A stretch of DNA of 61,845 bases, counting the filler, from Basidiobolus ranarum (Eukaryota), in the NCBI GenBank assembly GCA_040143965.1. It is 11 parts of 11 records of this genome, joined end to end, with 100 filler letters (N's around TTAATTAATTAA, not from the genome) between each part and the next. Parts side by side here need not be neighbours in the genome. Positions count along the whole stretch, not along the records: positions 1 to 5,542 come from JASJQH010001559.1; positions 5,643 to 11,183 come from JASJQH010001560.1; 9 more parts are not named here. One strand, 5' to 3'. A model generated the notes under the pieces. The model saw only the letters and a list, made by a program, of their open reading frames with translations. It was not told the origin of the DNA and ran no database searches. Of the stretch, positions 1-11,183 are shown in pieces. The stretch's first letter is position 1. Each line of letters begins with the position of its first letter. The translations under genes were made by a program, and so were the position numbers.

Positions 1-3000
1 ATTCGGTCATTTCATCGATTTAATCACATACCCACCCAAACTTTTATCACCCAATTTTCACACGACGCTTTGATCATTCTCTCTCATCTGGGCGACTCGT
101 GTTGTAAGTCTGAGTAGAACAACGGCTGGAGCGCACATCGGAAAGAATTGGCCTTATGGTCGGATAGATGTAGCCATGTATGACTGACGGACCGCCAGTT
201 GGCATGAAGGCATGAGTATTGAGCTTTACTATCTATGTGTTTCGCGGCATATGAGCCTCATGGGCTCTGAGTGTCGTTTACATGCAAGTTTATGGGCCTT
301 AGAAACACGAGATTTAGGTCAATGAAGTATTCATCTTAGTCGTTGATCAACGTGCACTTTGTAGATATAGGGTGCGATCTCATCCTAGAAGGAGGCCACC
401 CTGCCCTACAGTTGATACGCCCAGAGATTGAATAGCAAGTACCTACACATATTCCCTGGAACTTCAAGTGACTAGTCGGCTGATACACTGATCGATAAGT
501 GGTTCATATTGAGTGGCTGATGTATACATTCTTTACAAATTGTGGGTGTTCCAGGCTCTGAACCTATTTCACATATGACTTTGAGCGGTAAGGTGAATTT
601 CAGGAGCTCGTCAGAACATATCAATTGAAACCTGGTGTCTTGATCCAGATGTGCTATGTCACCAACTCGACTGTGCAAGAAACATCAAATCTATTTCATG
701 CATGTTCCGCGCATGTAGCAGGAAGTCCTGTCACCAATAATAGTCCTTACCTCACCCAATGTATAAGAATGCATTGAAGTGGCAATTATTTAATGTATAT
801 CGACCAGTAGCATAAATGACTAGCTCTATCGAATCTGGGCTTTCTTACAGCACCAAGAAAATACACTGTCCTAGATGGGCTTCTACAGTCCCAAGCCATA
901 CCCTCAGCTTGCTATCCAATGACTCCTCTATCACTGATTTCATGCAAAATCTAAACAATTTACCCGGGGTTACTATTCAAGCAGTTTCTTTCTATGCCAT
1001 GGATTTCATGAACTCTACCTGTTCTAAGGGTGAATAAAATAGCACTACAACCAAAAGCACTTTGACTGCAGAACTCCGTAAAGACAATGCATTTTCAATT
1101 ATTTAGCAATCCAAGTCTGCCTTTCTGCGTGAGGGTAAGATAATCATGGGATAGCAGGTAATCACCAGGGCATATGGTAAGATGGCTGTTTGATTAGGCT
1201 CGCTCTCCGAGGCGGTACATGTGACTGAAGAAAGATACTAAACTAACACGGAAATGTTGATAAATATTGCCCTTAAACTGTGTACTGCTGAGATGGCTGA
1301 TCTACTATACTTGGTCAGAGTGCATTTGGAGATATTTCCAAGTTAAAGCGGTAGTAAATCTCTGATATATCGCACTTCCACAGAACCCCCTGTATATCCT
1401 TTAAACTTTGGAAGAAAACTCTGCCTCGTAATGATTCTACTTTCATGAGACCGTTGTTCTGCTATAAAAATGAGTAATAAATGCTTTTTCCTATCTTGAA
1501 CTCCGTTATCATGATATTATACTGGCATTGCTACATTTGTTTATACAGATTCCCCATATGATTAATAAGTTAGAAAGTGGATAAAATATATTCTTGCGAG
1601 TTATCAAAGAGGTATTCATCCAAATATTCCAGAAACTTTTTCATGTATCATACGTCTTATTCATGATACCCACTTTTATGCCCACGCTCACTGTAGTAGT
1701 AGCCAGAAAATCAATTTACCATCTCCAAGACTATATTGTAAATGAAGAGAGCGTTCCTTCTTTGAGGCTCTGGCTCTCACTCAATTCAGGTAAATGGTGT
1801 TAGGAGTGATCCACAATTTTAAGTCTCCGAATCAATGTGAGCACTAGCTCCTTCAAACAAGTGAGCGATATTGAAGGTTTACCTTCATATTTAGCACGTT
1901 GGAAATCTATCAGCTACCTCAACAATACTATCTCTCATTCTATAGACGTATTACTTTAGCTTTGAACGTTCATTTTATAATACAAGTCGAATAATTCAGT
2001 TCGGGAAACAAATGAACATACTGAGTTATTTCACTACGAGAGTGCAATTGCCTATTTCTCGATCGTACCTAATGTTTCTGAAATTTAGGCTAGCTTACTG
2101 TTTGAACTCGGATAAATTCCAAGTATATCCATATTCTGGACGATTAGCTGAGTTCTCGTTGACAAATTGTCAAGCCGGATATAAAATAGAATATGGAATT
2201 TTAAGATATAAAGTAGATAAGTAATCTCTGCCAGCCCAAGATCAGTATCAGTGTGACTTTAGTATCGATACCCATGAAGGTGATCAGATGCACTGCTCCA
2301 TAGAAAACTCGAGTGCAAGTTATGTATTCATACCCATCTATGGAGTGATACACATAGTAACAGATATGGCTTGGCGTTCGTAGGTATTCGGCAAATGTTA
2401 AGATTCGATGGGCAGCATGTTTCTTACTATGGCCGATACCGTTGGTCCAAAAACAGCGGTTGATCATCATAGTCGAGCTTATATATTGTACATGTCAACT
2501 TATTTACCCTTGTGACTTAGTGTCTATTGCGGCTCAGGAATTGGCTGAGTAGTACAACTTGTACAAGAGTGGCTTGAGAAACAACTATCCATGTGTTTGT
2601 ACTTAAATGATGGAAATTAGAAAGATGCTGAAGTGCAGGTTTATTTTGGCAGTGGTGTATCGCATTCCAAAATCACCAATCGGGGCAGTAAACAATACAT
2701 CAAATGTCTAGATTGTTCCAGTGGAGGATACGAACTGTGGACGGTTGATTGTACTTTTCTCCGATTTGTCATAATCCCTGGCAGTCACACGTGGAAGGAG
2801 ATCTCTTGATATTGCCTTGCACTAGCACCCAAGCATCTCTTTAGATTTCAATGTGAAAGCTGGGGACATCTCATAACAATCGGAATTCTGTGTCACGATT
2901 GAGACCATATGCACCAATGGTCAAAACAGAGATAGCACTCCATCCGTACTGACTGGGTGGTATTCGTACAGATGAATGAAGACCAGAAATCTTGATAGTG

Positions 3001-3432
3001 GAGCAGAGAATCAATTCAAGTGATCGTCCATCCGGTTTAAAGTTGTTTGCAGGTATGTCCACAGCAAAATATCTGGATTAAGATTCCATCATTAGCCAGA
3101 GGTGTTGTGTGTTTGTAATATACTGCTCTCCCATGTAGACTCAAATTCAGCCTTGACTTTTAGATCATCGCCAATCTTACCAAAAACCATTTTACTTGAT
3201 AGAATTCCACGAACGGTTTCTCCCCATATGACCATTTAATTTGAGAAAATGCAATAATTCGTATTGCTTGGATTTAAGCATTGAGTCACATTGGGTCAAC
3301 CAAGCAGGAATTTGATGGCGGTTTAGTAAGTAAGCAGAGAAGTTACTGAGATCTGTTTGTGGTATTAAAGTGGCCGAGGCCTGTGTTGATCTATAGTCAC
3401 TTGAGGTTTACCTTCATTCAATCCCGACTACC

Positions 3433-4428
3433 ATGATCTATAACCGCTTAGCCTTTACTGTTAGAGAAACAAGTGCTCAGATGTTGGTAAGTACTTTAAG
3501 TCTCTACTTGAACTATGCTGGGGTAATAATTGTGGGATTTTTTCTTAGGGACGTATTCAACATCGCAGCTATCTTCCCATTATTCAGTGCTGCTACACCT
3601 CCACAACTTCTTCACAGCGTCAGCCACGTAACAAGAAACTCCCGCCACTACCTACTATGCCTACTCTGACCCCTGTGGATGCAGTTAATAACATAATTTA
3701 TAACACACCCGTATCTCCATCAGAAGCACCGACAAAACATACTCTAAACTGTCTAGTCCAAAACGCACCAGGTGTTCTATCTTTGATTACCGGGATTTTA
3801 GCTGCTAGAAGTTTTAATATCGACTCTTTGGTAACGGCTAAAACTGAAATTAGAGATCTCTCCAGGATGACCATTGTCCTGAGAGGCCAGGAACCGACTA
3901 TTGAACAAGTCAAAAAGCAACTAGAAGATCTTGTCCCGGTGTGGGTTGTTTTAGATTACTCTCATACGCAGATAGTTGAACGTGAGCTTCTAATGGCGAA
4001 GGTATCCATTCTTGGGCCTGACCATGAACAAGCTATCTTCGAGAATACCACGAATCCTCATGTAAGGATCCAAATCACCCAATAATCAATTTTTGTGAGT
4101 GCTAACAACTTCAACGTTGTAGGATAATATGACTCCTGGGGAAATCTTCCTTGCTACGCACAAACATCTTGAAGCAATTCAAGAACTTACTAAGCTTTTC
4201 CAAGGGCAAATTATCGATGTGGGTAATGAGAGCGCCATTGTTCAACTCTGCACAAAGAGCGCCCGTATTGATGCCTTTATGAAGCTCCTCAAACCTTTTG
4301 GAATATTGGAAGCAGCTAGAAGTGGTATTATGGCTATGCCCAGATCATTGCATATGGGCTTCGACGAAGAAATGGAGATCCCTGAAGAATCACCTCAAGT
4401 CGATGCCACTATGCTTCCTCCTGGTTAA
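3433..4428 (+). CDS. ILV6: Acetolactate synthase small (regulatory) subunit, mitochondrial; 3 exons (3433-3486, 3549-4061, 4123-4428)
   Basis: ACT-domain motifs HTLNCLVQNAPGVLSLITGILAARSFNIDSLV, DLSRMTIVL, LEDLVPVWVV, FGILEAARSG and the C-terminal DATMLPPG typical of fungal Ilv6. Two phase-0 GT-AG introns join the ORFs in frame. Confidence 0.95.
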
Positions 4429-5542
4429 TGTTACTATCTTAGATAGAAGCAGTAGTTACCTAATCCACCCGATTAGCACCAATTCTTTCATTCACTGTAT
4501 ACTCCCTCAATAAAGACTAAGGCAGGTTTTGTATCTTTATTCGTAAGATTCTAATGAAACTTCCAACGAAATTAATACATCTGAGGGGTAACTTAAGGCT
4601 TGGGTAACACGCATAAGGAGAGAATATAGGGGTTGACATGTGAATGCAAATAGTCTGTAGAAACCAAACTCCAACATAAAGTGCATTCGTATTCGTGAAT
4701 CTGAGGGTGTTGTACAGCTCCATCGAAAAGTCAATGATTATGATTTCAGATCGCCAGGATTGTCAGTCCCAAAAAGGCAACACAAGTATACTGGGAAGAT
4801 GATTGACCAAGGTCCCCGTAACTCTCTCCCTCTACTGGCCACTGCCTAATGAACCCTTGTTGTCACTATTAGGGCTAGGCTATCCTTTCCGCTAGTTTTA
4901 GTAAGTCCATTGATTAGCGACCACGCGCAACTTCTTCCACCTCTTTCCTTGTTTAGTCATAGACAAGTTCATCATCCTGACTGCAGGCAATTCCATCACA
5001 AGGATAGACTAATATTGACATGGAGTGTTACTGACCGTGGGAGCACCTTGAACTCTACCACATCCCCCATGAGTCAACTTGGCTCACTGGATTGTTACCT
5101 TAGCCCTATTATTACCCATCGTGCATGTTTCGATAGTAGTCTCTGCATGTCAAAGTGACTCATCAAGATGCAGGATTCTCAGTAGAATTAGGTATCTGAT
5201 GTGTAGGATATAGGGGGCATATGATTGGCCAGCTCTAGCAAATGTGCACCAATTCATCGGCAACTCAATTGGCTCAGGCCGATCTTGAACAACAGGTTGA
5301 ACTCATCCATTGTTACCATAAACCAAGCGAGACCACATGCAACAAACTATTGGTAATCTTGATCGGTAAGAACACGGATAAGGCATACGTTCGGTTTCTC
5401 ATTCATGTGCACTCAAACCTTCTCCCGTGTGACAGAACCCCATTGGACTGTGGTGTAGCATATACTCTCTCCATCTCATTTGGACCTTCACAACCCAGGT
5501 CATACAGCAGCAAAAGCTTTAATGGTGTTGGATTCAGTGATT

Positions 5543-5642
5543 NNNNNNNNNNNNNNNNNNNNNNNNNNNNNNNNNNNNNNNNNNNNTTAATTAATTAANN
5601 NNNNNNNNNNNNNNNNNNNNNNNNNNNNNNNNNNNNNNNNNN
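5543..5642. other. Artificial contig spacer N44-TTAATTAATTAA-N44 (one of ten)
   Basis: The identical 100-nt spacer also lies at 11184-11283, 16822-16921, 22459-22558, 28095-28194, 33730-33829, 39364-39463, 44987-45086, 50607-50706 and 56227-56326. TTAATTAATTAA puts stops in all six frames. Confidence 0.99.
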
Positions 5643-6049
5643 CCCCCTCCACCACCTCCCCCCCTCCCCCCCCAGCCCCCGCCCTTCCCAGCACCATCAC
5701 CGCCTCCTCCACCCCCACCCCCACCTTCGTCTTCTCCTCCGCCTCCACCCCCATTACCTTCATAGTCACTGCCTGATCCACCACCACCTCCGTATTTTCC
5801 TTCGCTTCCACCGCCATTACCTCCATAGTCGCCACCTGATCCGCTACCACCACCATTACCACCATAGCGATCGTTTACTTGTCCTCCACCATTTCCGCCA
5901 CCACCAGCATTATGACCTCCGTAAGAGACACTCTTACCGTCGCCTCCTCCAGAGTAATCCTTGATGTTATAGCTTCGTTCAAGCACAGCAGCATTAACCA
6001 TGGCCCAGGTGGAAGCAGCGAAGAGGATTTTAGCGGAAGAGAATTTCAT
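5643..6049 (-). CDS. Secreted glycine-rich protein, 3' truncated by the contig end
   Basis: Signal-peptide-like start MKFSSAKILFAASTWAMVNA followed by repeated (D/K/R)YGGNGGG units and poly-Gly. TATA-like CTATAAATA about 70 nt upstream. Confidence 0.8.
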
Positions 6050-6917
6050 TTTGATAAATAAAGTAAACTAGTGATAAAATTCGTATGATATGTTACAACC
6101 TAGAATCTCGAGAGGGATATTTATAGTTGGGTGTGAAATTTCGATCAGTTTGAAATGTTGTAGATCGTAGGGATGAACCAAGGGGGTGAGTTCATGTTTT
6201 GCTTAATGTATCTATAGAATATGACTGTTAAACAACATTTACACGATTTTCTTGGGAGTAGGGGGTAGTGTCAATTGTTATGCCTGCTTCTCTAGTCATG
6301 TACTCTAGTAGAGCGTGAAACATGCATTTTACTTGACATGGATCATATACGAATTAACTACATATCCTATCAAACTAACCGGCATGCTATCGTTACAAAT
6401 AGCAACACGAAAACAACTTTTGATCGTGTCAATACGATGTCTGGATTAATAAATGCAACATCCCCACTCACTGCGCTTCTTATTATACCTGAATCAATTC
6501 GACTTTTCTAATACATAATGCTGCTAAAATATAAGTTACCCAAGCCTTGTTTACACTATCGACACACTGCCATAGCATAGTTACTCCCTGCTATTTTCAA
6601 AACGCTGTTTTAGTCTAACTCTTCTACGACTGTATTAACCATTTGTTGATTATAGTGGTTTAAAAGCATTGACCATTTGCCTATTCATACCATTCTCCGC
6701 TCAAGAATTTTCAATTGCTAAAATCTCTTACCCATTTATCAATAGAAAATCTGATACTTTATAGTTCACATATTCTTTTGAGTTAAATCGAGACGAGTTG
6801 TAGCATTGAAGACAATAGAAATATCAAGCGAGAACATTACAAACTGACAGTAATGAGGGGTTAATACAAATCAAGTCATCAGGTTGAATTCTGTGCTATA
6901 AAGAGTTGAGATAAGAA

Positions 6918-6995
6918 AGTGTTACAACAATGATGGTATAAATATAATAAAATAGAGAGTGTTACAACAATGATTGTATAAATATAATAAAATAA
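6918..6995. repeat. Two-copy tandem duplication (~40 nt) downstream of the 804-aa gene
   Basis: AGTGTTACAACAATGAT(G/T)GTATAAATATAATAAAATA occurs twice. Confidence 0.85.
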
Positions 6996-7090
6996 TCATA
7001 AATGAAAGTTAACTCTTTAGAACTTGGATATGTTAAGATATCATCAATATAAACCTCCAATGCTAGACATACACCTGATACACCTGATAC

Positions 7091-9505
7091 TCATGCTACC
7101 TCCTTATCCATTTCGTGAAAATCAAGGCATTCCTCAGAACAGCACAGCTCCAGTAAATTATTTCGTAGCATTAACAAACCCAGAGTTACGAAATAGCCCA
7201 TACAATACTTATGCATACCCTTCCTCTCCGCACCAGGCCACATATACAGTCGTTCACATACTAACGCATGAGCTGCTTGCTGCGTTCCACTTGAGATCAT
7301 CTCTTGCCAGTCAGTGACTGCATCTTCAATCCCCTCTCGTGCACCGTCCTCATCTTGTGCGGCACAAATGTTTTGAGCTTCCATTTTCACCGCTTGTAAC
7401 AAGGTAACATTATCATACTTCCTGCTATCTTCCACTGCACACTGAAAGATACGTTCAAGGGCCCCATATCTCAAACATGTCATATTCCATGCCAGGAACC
7501 CTAATACACAGACCTTACCTATCAGTACTCCATCTTTACCAGCCACTACTTCATCATCAATATACGCCTTGATATACCCACAGCATTCGATTGGTCCCTC
7601 GGCATCACTTTTGTCGGTCAGTTGTATCACTAAGTTTATCTTATCACCGTCCATAAAGTCAGCTCTGTAGTCAATGATATCGTGTATGTATGCACAGCAT
7701 ACACTTATCATATACTCCTCGTAACTGCAGTCGGCTCCAACATTTGACTGGATATCCTTTAATGCCCAATAACCGAAACTACCTGTACCAAAGTCAAGTA
7801 ATCGACACAATTCACCATCCCAAGTATCCACCTGTTGCCACATGCTCACATCTTTAGGGTTGCTTTGAATTAGACATTCCGTATGACAGTTGACCTCACA
7901 ACTGGACACGAGGTCTATTATCCTGTCAAGACCAACTCGGTCATATTCGTCAAAATATGACCCCTCATGTGTCAACAATTCTAGACTTCTTCTCAGTAGT
8001 TTCTTGACCTCTGCTGGTGGTTGTCGAACAAGCAAACGGTAGTAATCTACAGCAGTACCAACGATCCACGCTTCACCAGCTCGGATGCCAAAATTAAAAC
8101 CTCGAACTAAACCTACACTCAGTAATACAGGCATCACAGCAACATCTACTACCGGATGAGCCCAAGCACCTGTACCTCCAGTAAAACGGTCTAACCAATC
8201 CATACTAACTTTAGCCATAGATTCATACCATGAATTCTTCTTTGCTGGGCGCGGTTTATTCTTATTTACTTCCAAACTAACGCTATTGCATTCAGTCGAT
8301 GGATTTATCTCAATCGATTTGCATACATTAGGATCATCACCTTCTATTCGTAAGTCTAGTGTGCGACATACAAGCAAAATGTCTAAGACTGCTGCATACG
8401 TCACATAGTCCATACCACCCCAAAGGTATTCTTGGTTTCGCTTGATTCGCTTTGCTGCTGCCGCTGCTTGTACTGCAGCATCTACTCGAGAATCTAAACC
8501 AGTAAATACCCCTTCATGCACTTTAAAGGCCACCGAGGACAACTTTGCATCTGATTTTAAACTTTCCACAAAGACGGGAGGAGGGCTTGGCCTATTACTC
8601 GATGAGAAAACCAGCTTTAAGTCATCCAATGTGGATAACCCATGCCACGATTTATACATATTCAGTGTCGCAATTATGATTTTCTCCTGGGCATAGTCAA
8701 GTTCTGTATCTGTCCATTCGAAATCATTTGCTCCACGTTGGCGTAGAGTTAATAACGCGGTAGTAATTGGCAAATACTTCCCATCCGTATCGATAGTTTC
8801 ATCAATTGATCCAAGTCTGCCAGATGGTGGCTCGCCAAATATTGGCTGATGATAGCTAGTGTTTCGAGCACGATCACTACTGCATTCATCTTTCTCTGAT
8901 CTATCTAGCTGGACTTCGCTTGCATGGTTATGCAGCTGCTTTACTGCTCGTAAACCATCTAGAACCTCGCTACCACCATCTTGGTCTACATTGCTAATAG
9001 AAACACTTCTTGCGATATGCCGTCCTTCTTCATAAGAATATTGAACAAGTACATCACCATGGTTTGATTTTCTCCATGTCATCATCCCAAGTTTACTATT
9101 TCGCAAACCAAAACATATTCCAGTACCAGTGTTATAAGGGAGTCCGACAGTTACTTTGTCATCAATGCAATGGCGTTCAATTAAATTCGATACATTAGCT
9201 CTCATCCAGCTAGCACGTTCATGTTCGTCATCCGTTATTATCCATCCTTGTGTCCAGCTCAGATTCGTACTTCCAAATGAGTCAGATATCGGAATTGGCT
9301 TAACTAGGTGGTACTCACGGACACCACATCCATTCAACTTCTTGAGTTCGGATCCCTCGTCAAAGTCATGGTTATTATCCATAGCAAGAACCCTTCTTCC
9401 TCCATCGTCCCCCACCCATGTTGGAAGGGTAAGCGGTAAATCTTGCTCATATTCTGGCAGTGGAGTAGCGGGTCTCGATTTGGTTGCTTCACGTAAAATA
9501 ATCAT
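7091..9505 (-). CDS. 804-aa intronless protein; C-terminal half is a putative non-canonical class I terpene synthase/isoprenoid-synthase fold, N-terminal half unknown
   Basis: Long uninterrupted ORF. Motifs RLLDFG (aa ~568), HDIIDYRADFMDGDKINLV (aa ~608, NSE/DTE-like) and WNMTCLRY (aa ~673, WxxxxxRY). The ORF is solid; the function is inferred. Confidence 0.6.
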   Translation of the reverse strand: MIILREATKSRPATPLPEYEQDLPLTLPTWVGDDGGRRVLAMDNNHDFDEGSELKKLNGCGVREYHLVKPIPISDSFGSTNLSWTQGWIITDDEHERASWMRANVSNLIERHCIDDKVTVGLPYNTGTGICFGLRNSKLGMMTWRKSNHGDVLVQYSYEEGRHIARSVSISNVDQDGGSEVLDGLRAVKQLHNHASEVQLDRSEKDECSSDRARNTSYHQPIFGEPPSGRLGSIDETIDTDGKYLPITTALLTLRQRGANDFEWTDTELDYAQEKIIIATLNMYKSWHGLSTLDDLKLVFSSSNRPSPPPVFVESLKSDAKLSSVAFKVHEGVFTGLDSRVDAAVQAAAAAKRIKRNQEYLWGGMDYVTYAAVLDILLVCRTLDLRIEGDDPNVCKSIEINPSTECNSVSLEVNKNKPRPAKKNSWYESMAKVSMDWLDRFTGGTGAWAHPVVDVAVMPVLLSVGLVRGFNFGIRAGEAWIVGTAVDYYRLLVRQPPAEVKKLLRRSLELLTHEGSYFDEYDRVGLDRIIDLVSSCEVNCHTECLIQSNPKDVSMWQQVDTWDGELCRLLDFGTGSFGYWALKDIQSNVGADCSYEEYMISVCCAYIHDIIDYRADFMDGDKINLVIQLTDKSDAEGPIECCGYIKAYIDDEVVAGKDGVLIGKVCVLGFLAWNMTCLRYGALERIFQCAVEDSRKYDNVTLLQAVKMEAQNICAAQDEDGAREGIEDAVTDWQEMISSGTQQAAHALVCERLYMWPGAERKGMHKYCMGYFVTLGLLMLRNNLLELCCSEECLDFHEMDKEVA

Positions 9506-10740
9506 TGTAAGTTTTCATGGTGGTATAGGCCGAAATTTATTCTATTCACTTTTCCTCCTTCGATGCAAATCTATGTGAAAAGACAATTTGATATCCAAGT
9601 AATGAGTTACACTTCTATATTAGTTTAAACTTGGAATAAGAAACTTAATAAATCCAGAAAATAAGAAGAATTGATCTATCATTATGACTCATGAACTCTA
9701 AGAACTCGGTTATAATATTACTAACAAACGTACTTTATTTGTTCATATGCATGTACTTGTGATATTTCTGGTTGAAATAGCAACTTCATGTTTGCATTCC
9801 ACTACATGCTGCGCATCTTGCTGAGGGTCTATCATACCCATTGGAAACATATCCATACTCGCAATCTATTAGTGCTAGTTTAACTCCATGAAGCGAAGAT
9901 ATACTGGGCTAAGACATTTGGACTTTCAGATTCAAACCAATGATATGGCAAGGTTTAAAATTGATTCTGAAATTGGCAAGAACAAAAATGCATAGATATT
10001 ATGAATGCGTAATATTTCAGATAAAATGACTTTAGGCTTAATGTGGATCGTGAACTTACAGGTGTTGATTTTGCCTGTAGGGGAGATGGAGTGTATCAAT
10101 GATGGGGTTTGTAAAGCTCACATATTGCCATGTTTACCGAATCTTGGGAGATGCCGCGGCCAGATTCAATGTTAATAATCCTGAGAATAAACGTTAATAT
10201 CTATTCCTACCCCTACCCCTATTACGCCAAAGTTGAATGCAGGTGAGACCTCTCCTCTGTACGATTAGTTTAAACGCACTCAAAGATAATCCAGATTAGG
10301 GATTAAAATCAATCTTATGATGGATTTTGTGATGCTGTTTGACATTCATTTTAACACGGAAGAATTTCAAGAGTAGCACTCTTATTATCTTGTTTCATTT
10401 TCTGCTGCTTTCTTGTTTCAACTTGCAAGGTAATAGTGATTAGTTTAATTTAATTTATCGATTCAACTAGCTATGGTGATTAATCAAATTCGCTTGATTA
10501 TTAATTTACATGCGGTTGTTTGAATCAGTTTATATTATAAGCATCAATCATTTACTTATCTCCCATTGAGCGGTAGTTCTTGGAGAGTCGTCTATCCACT
10601 GTTGGTTGAAGTGAGTGCCTATAGAAAATGATGTTTATCTCATACTAAAGCCTATGTACCATAACCAACTTACCTCATAGCTAAGAAGCAAAGTTGTTTT
10701 CCTCAATGTTGATAATGAGAAAGCCAAGTAGATTGGGGGA

Positions 10741-11183
10741 TGAAAAGCACCATAAGATGTAATATTTGTTTATCACTTCAGTTCATGTTAATAAATAAAT
10801 AAGCCAAGTTAGAATAAAAAATCCAAATATAAGGTAAAGATACTCACAAAGCTGAGTTTTCTAGTAAGCTAGGCCCAAGAGTATTCAAAATAGAACAGAG
10901 CAAATTACACAGGATTCCAGAAGGTATAGGGCCTTAGTAGAGTTTTCCAGAATTGATGGAACCAATGGTGGAGAGTCCCTAGTTATTGGGAAAATATGGG
11001 CTGTTTGGAGGAACTTTAGAAAAGTGGAGTTGTGAATAGCTTTGTGAGATAAATATTTATTGTCCAGAAATAAACCATTTATACATTTTGGTGGAAATAC
11101 AGAAAACTAACACTGGGGTTGTGTTCAAAACATCTGTAGGAGTAAAATGAGCTATCTTTGGGGCAATCTGGACGAGTTTAAAA
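10741..11183. mobile_element. Possible degenerate repeat/LTR remnant at the contig end
   Basis: AT-rich, nearly CpG-free and non-coding, resembling the other TE remnants in the window. No diagnostic motif. Confidence 0.25.

Noticed and set aside
1-3400. Short ORFs upstream of ILV6 (e.g. 2201-2470, 2871-3062)
   Set aside because: No recognisable motifs or consistent splice structure; possibly decayed sequence.
5587-5598. TTAATTAATTAA palindrome repeated every ~5.6 kb, superficially like a regular repeat array
   Set aside because: Always embedded in N44 flanks; it is an artificial six-frame-stop linker.
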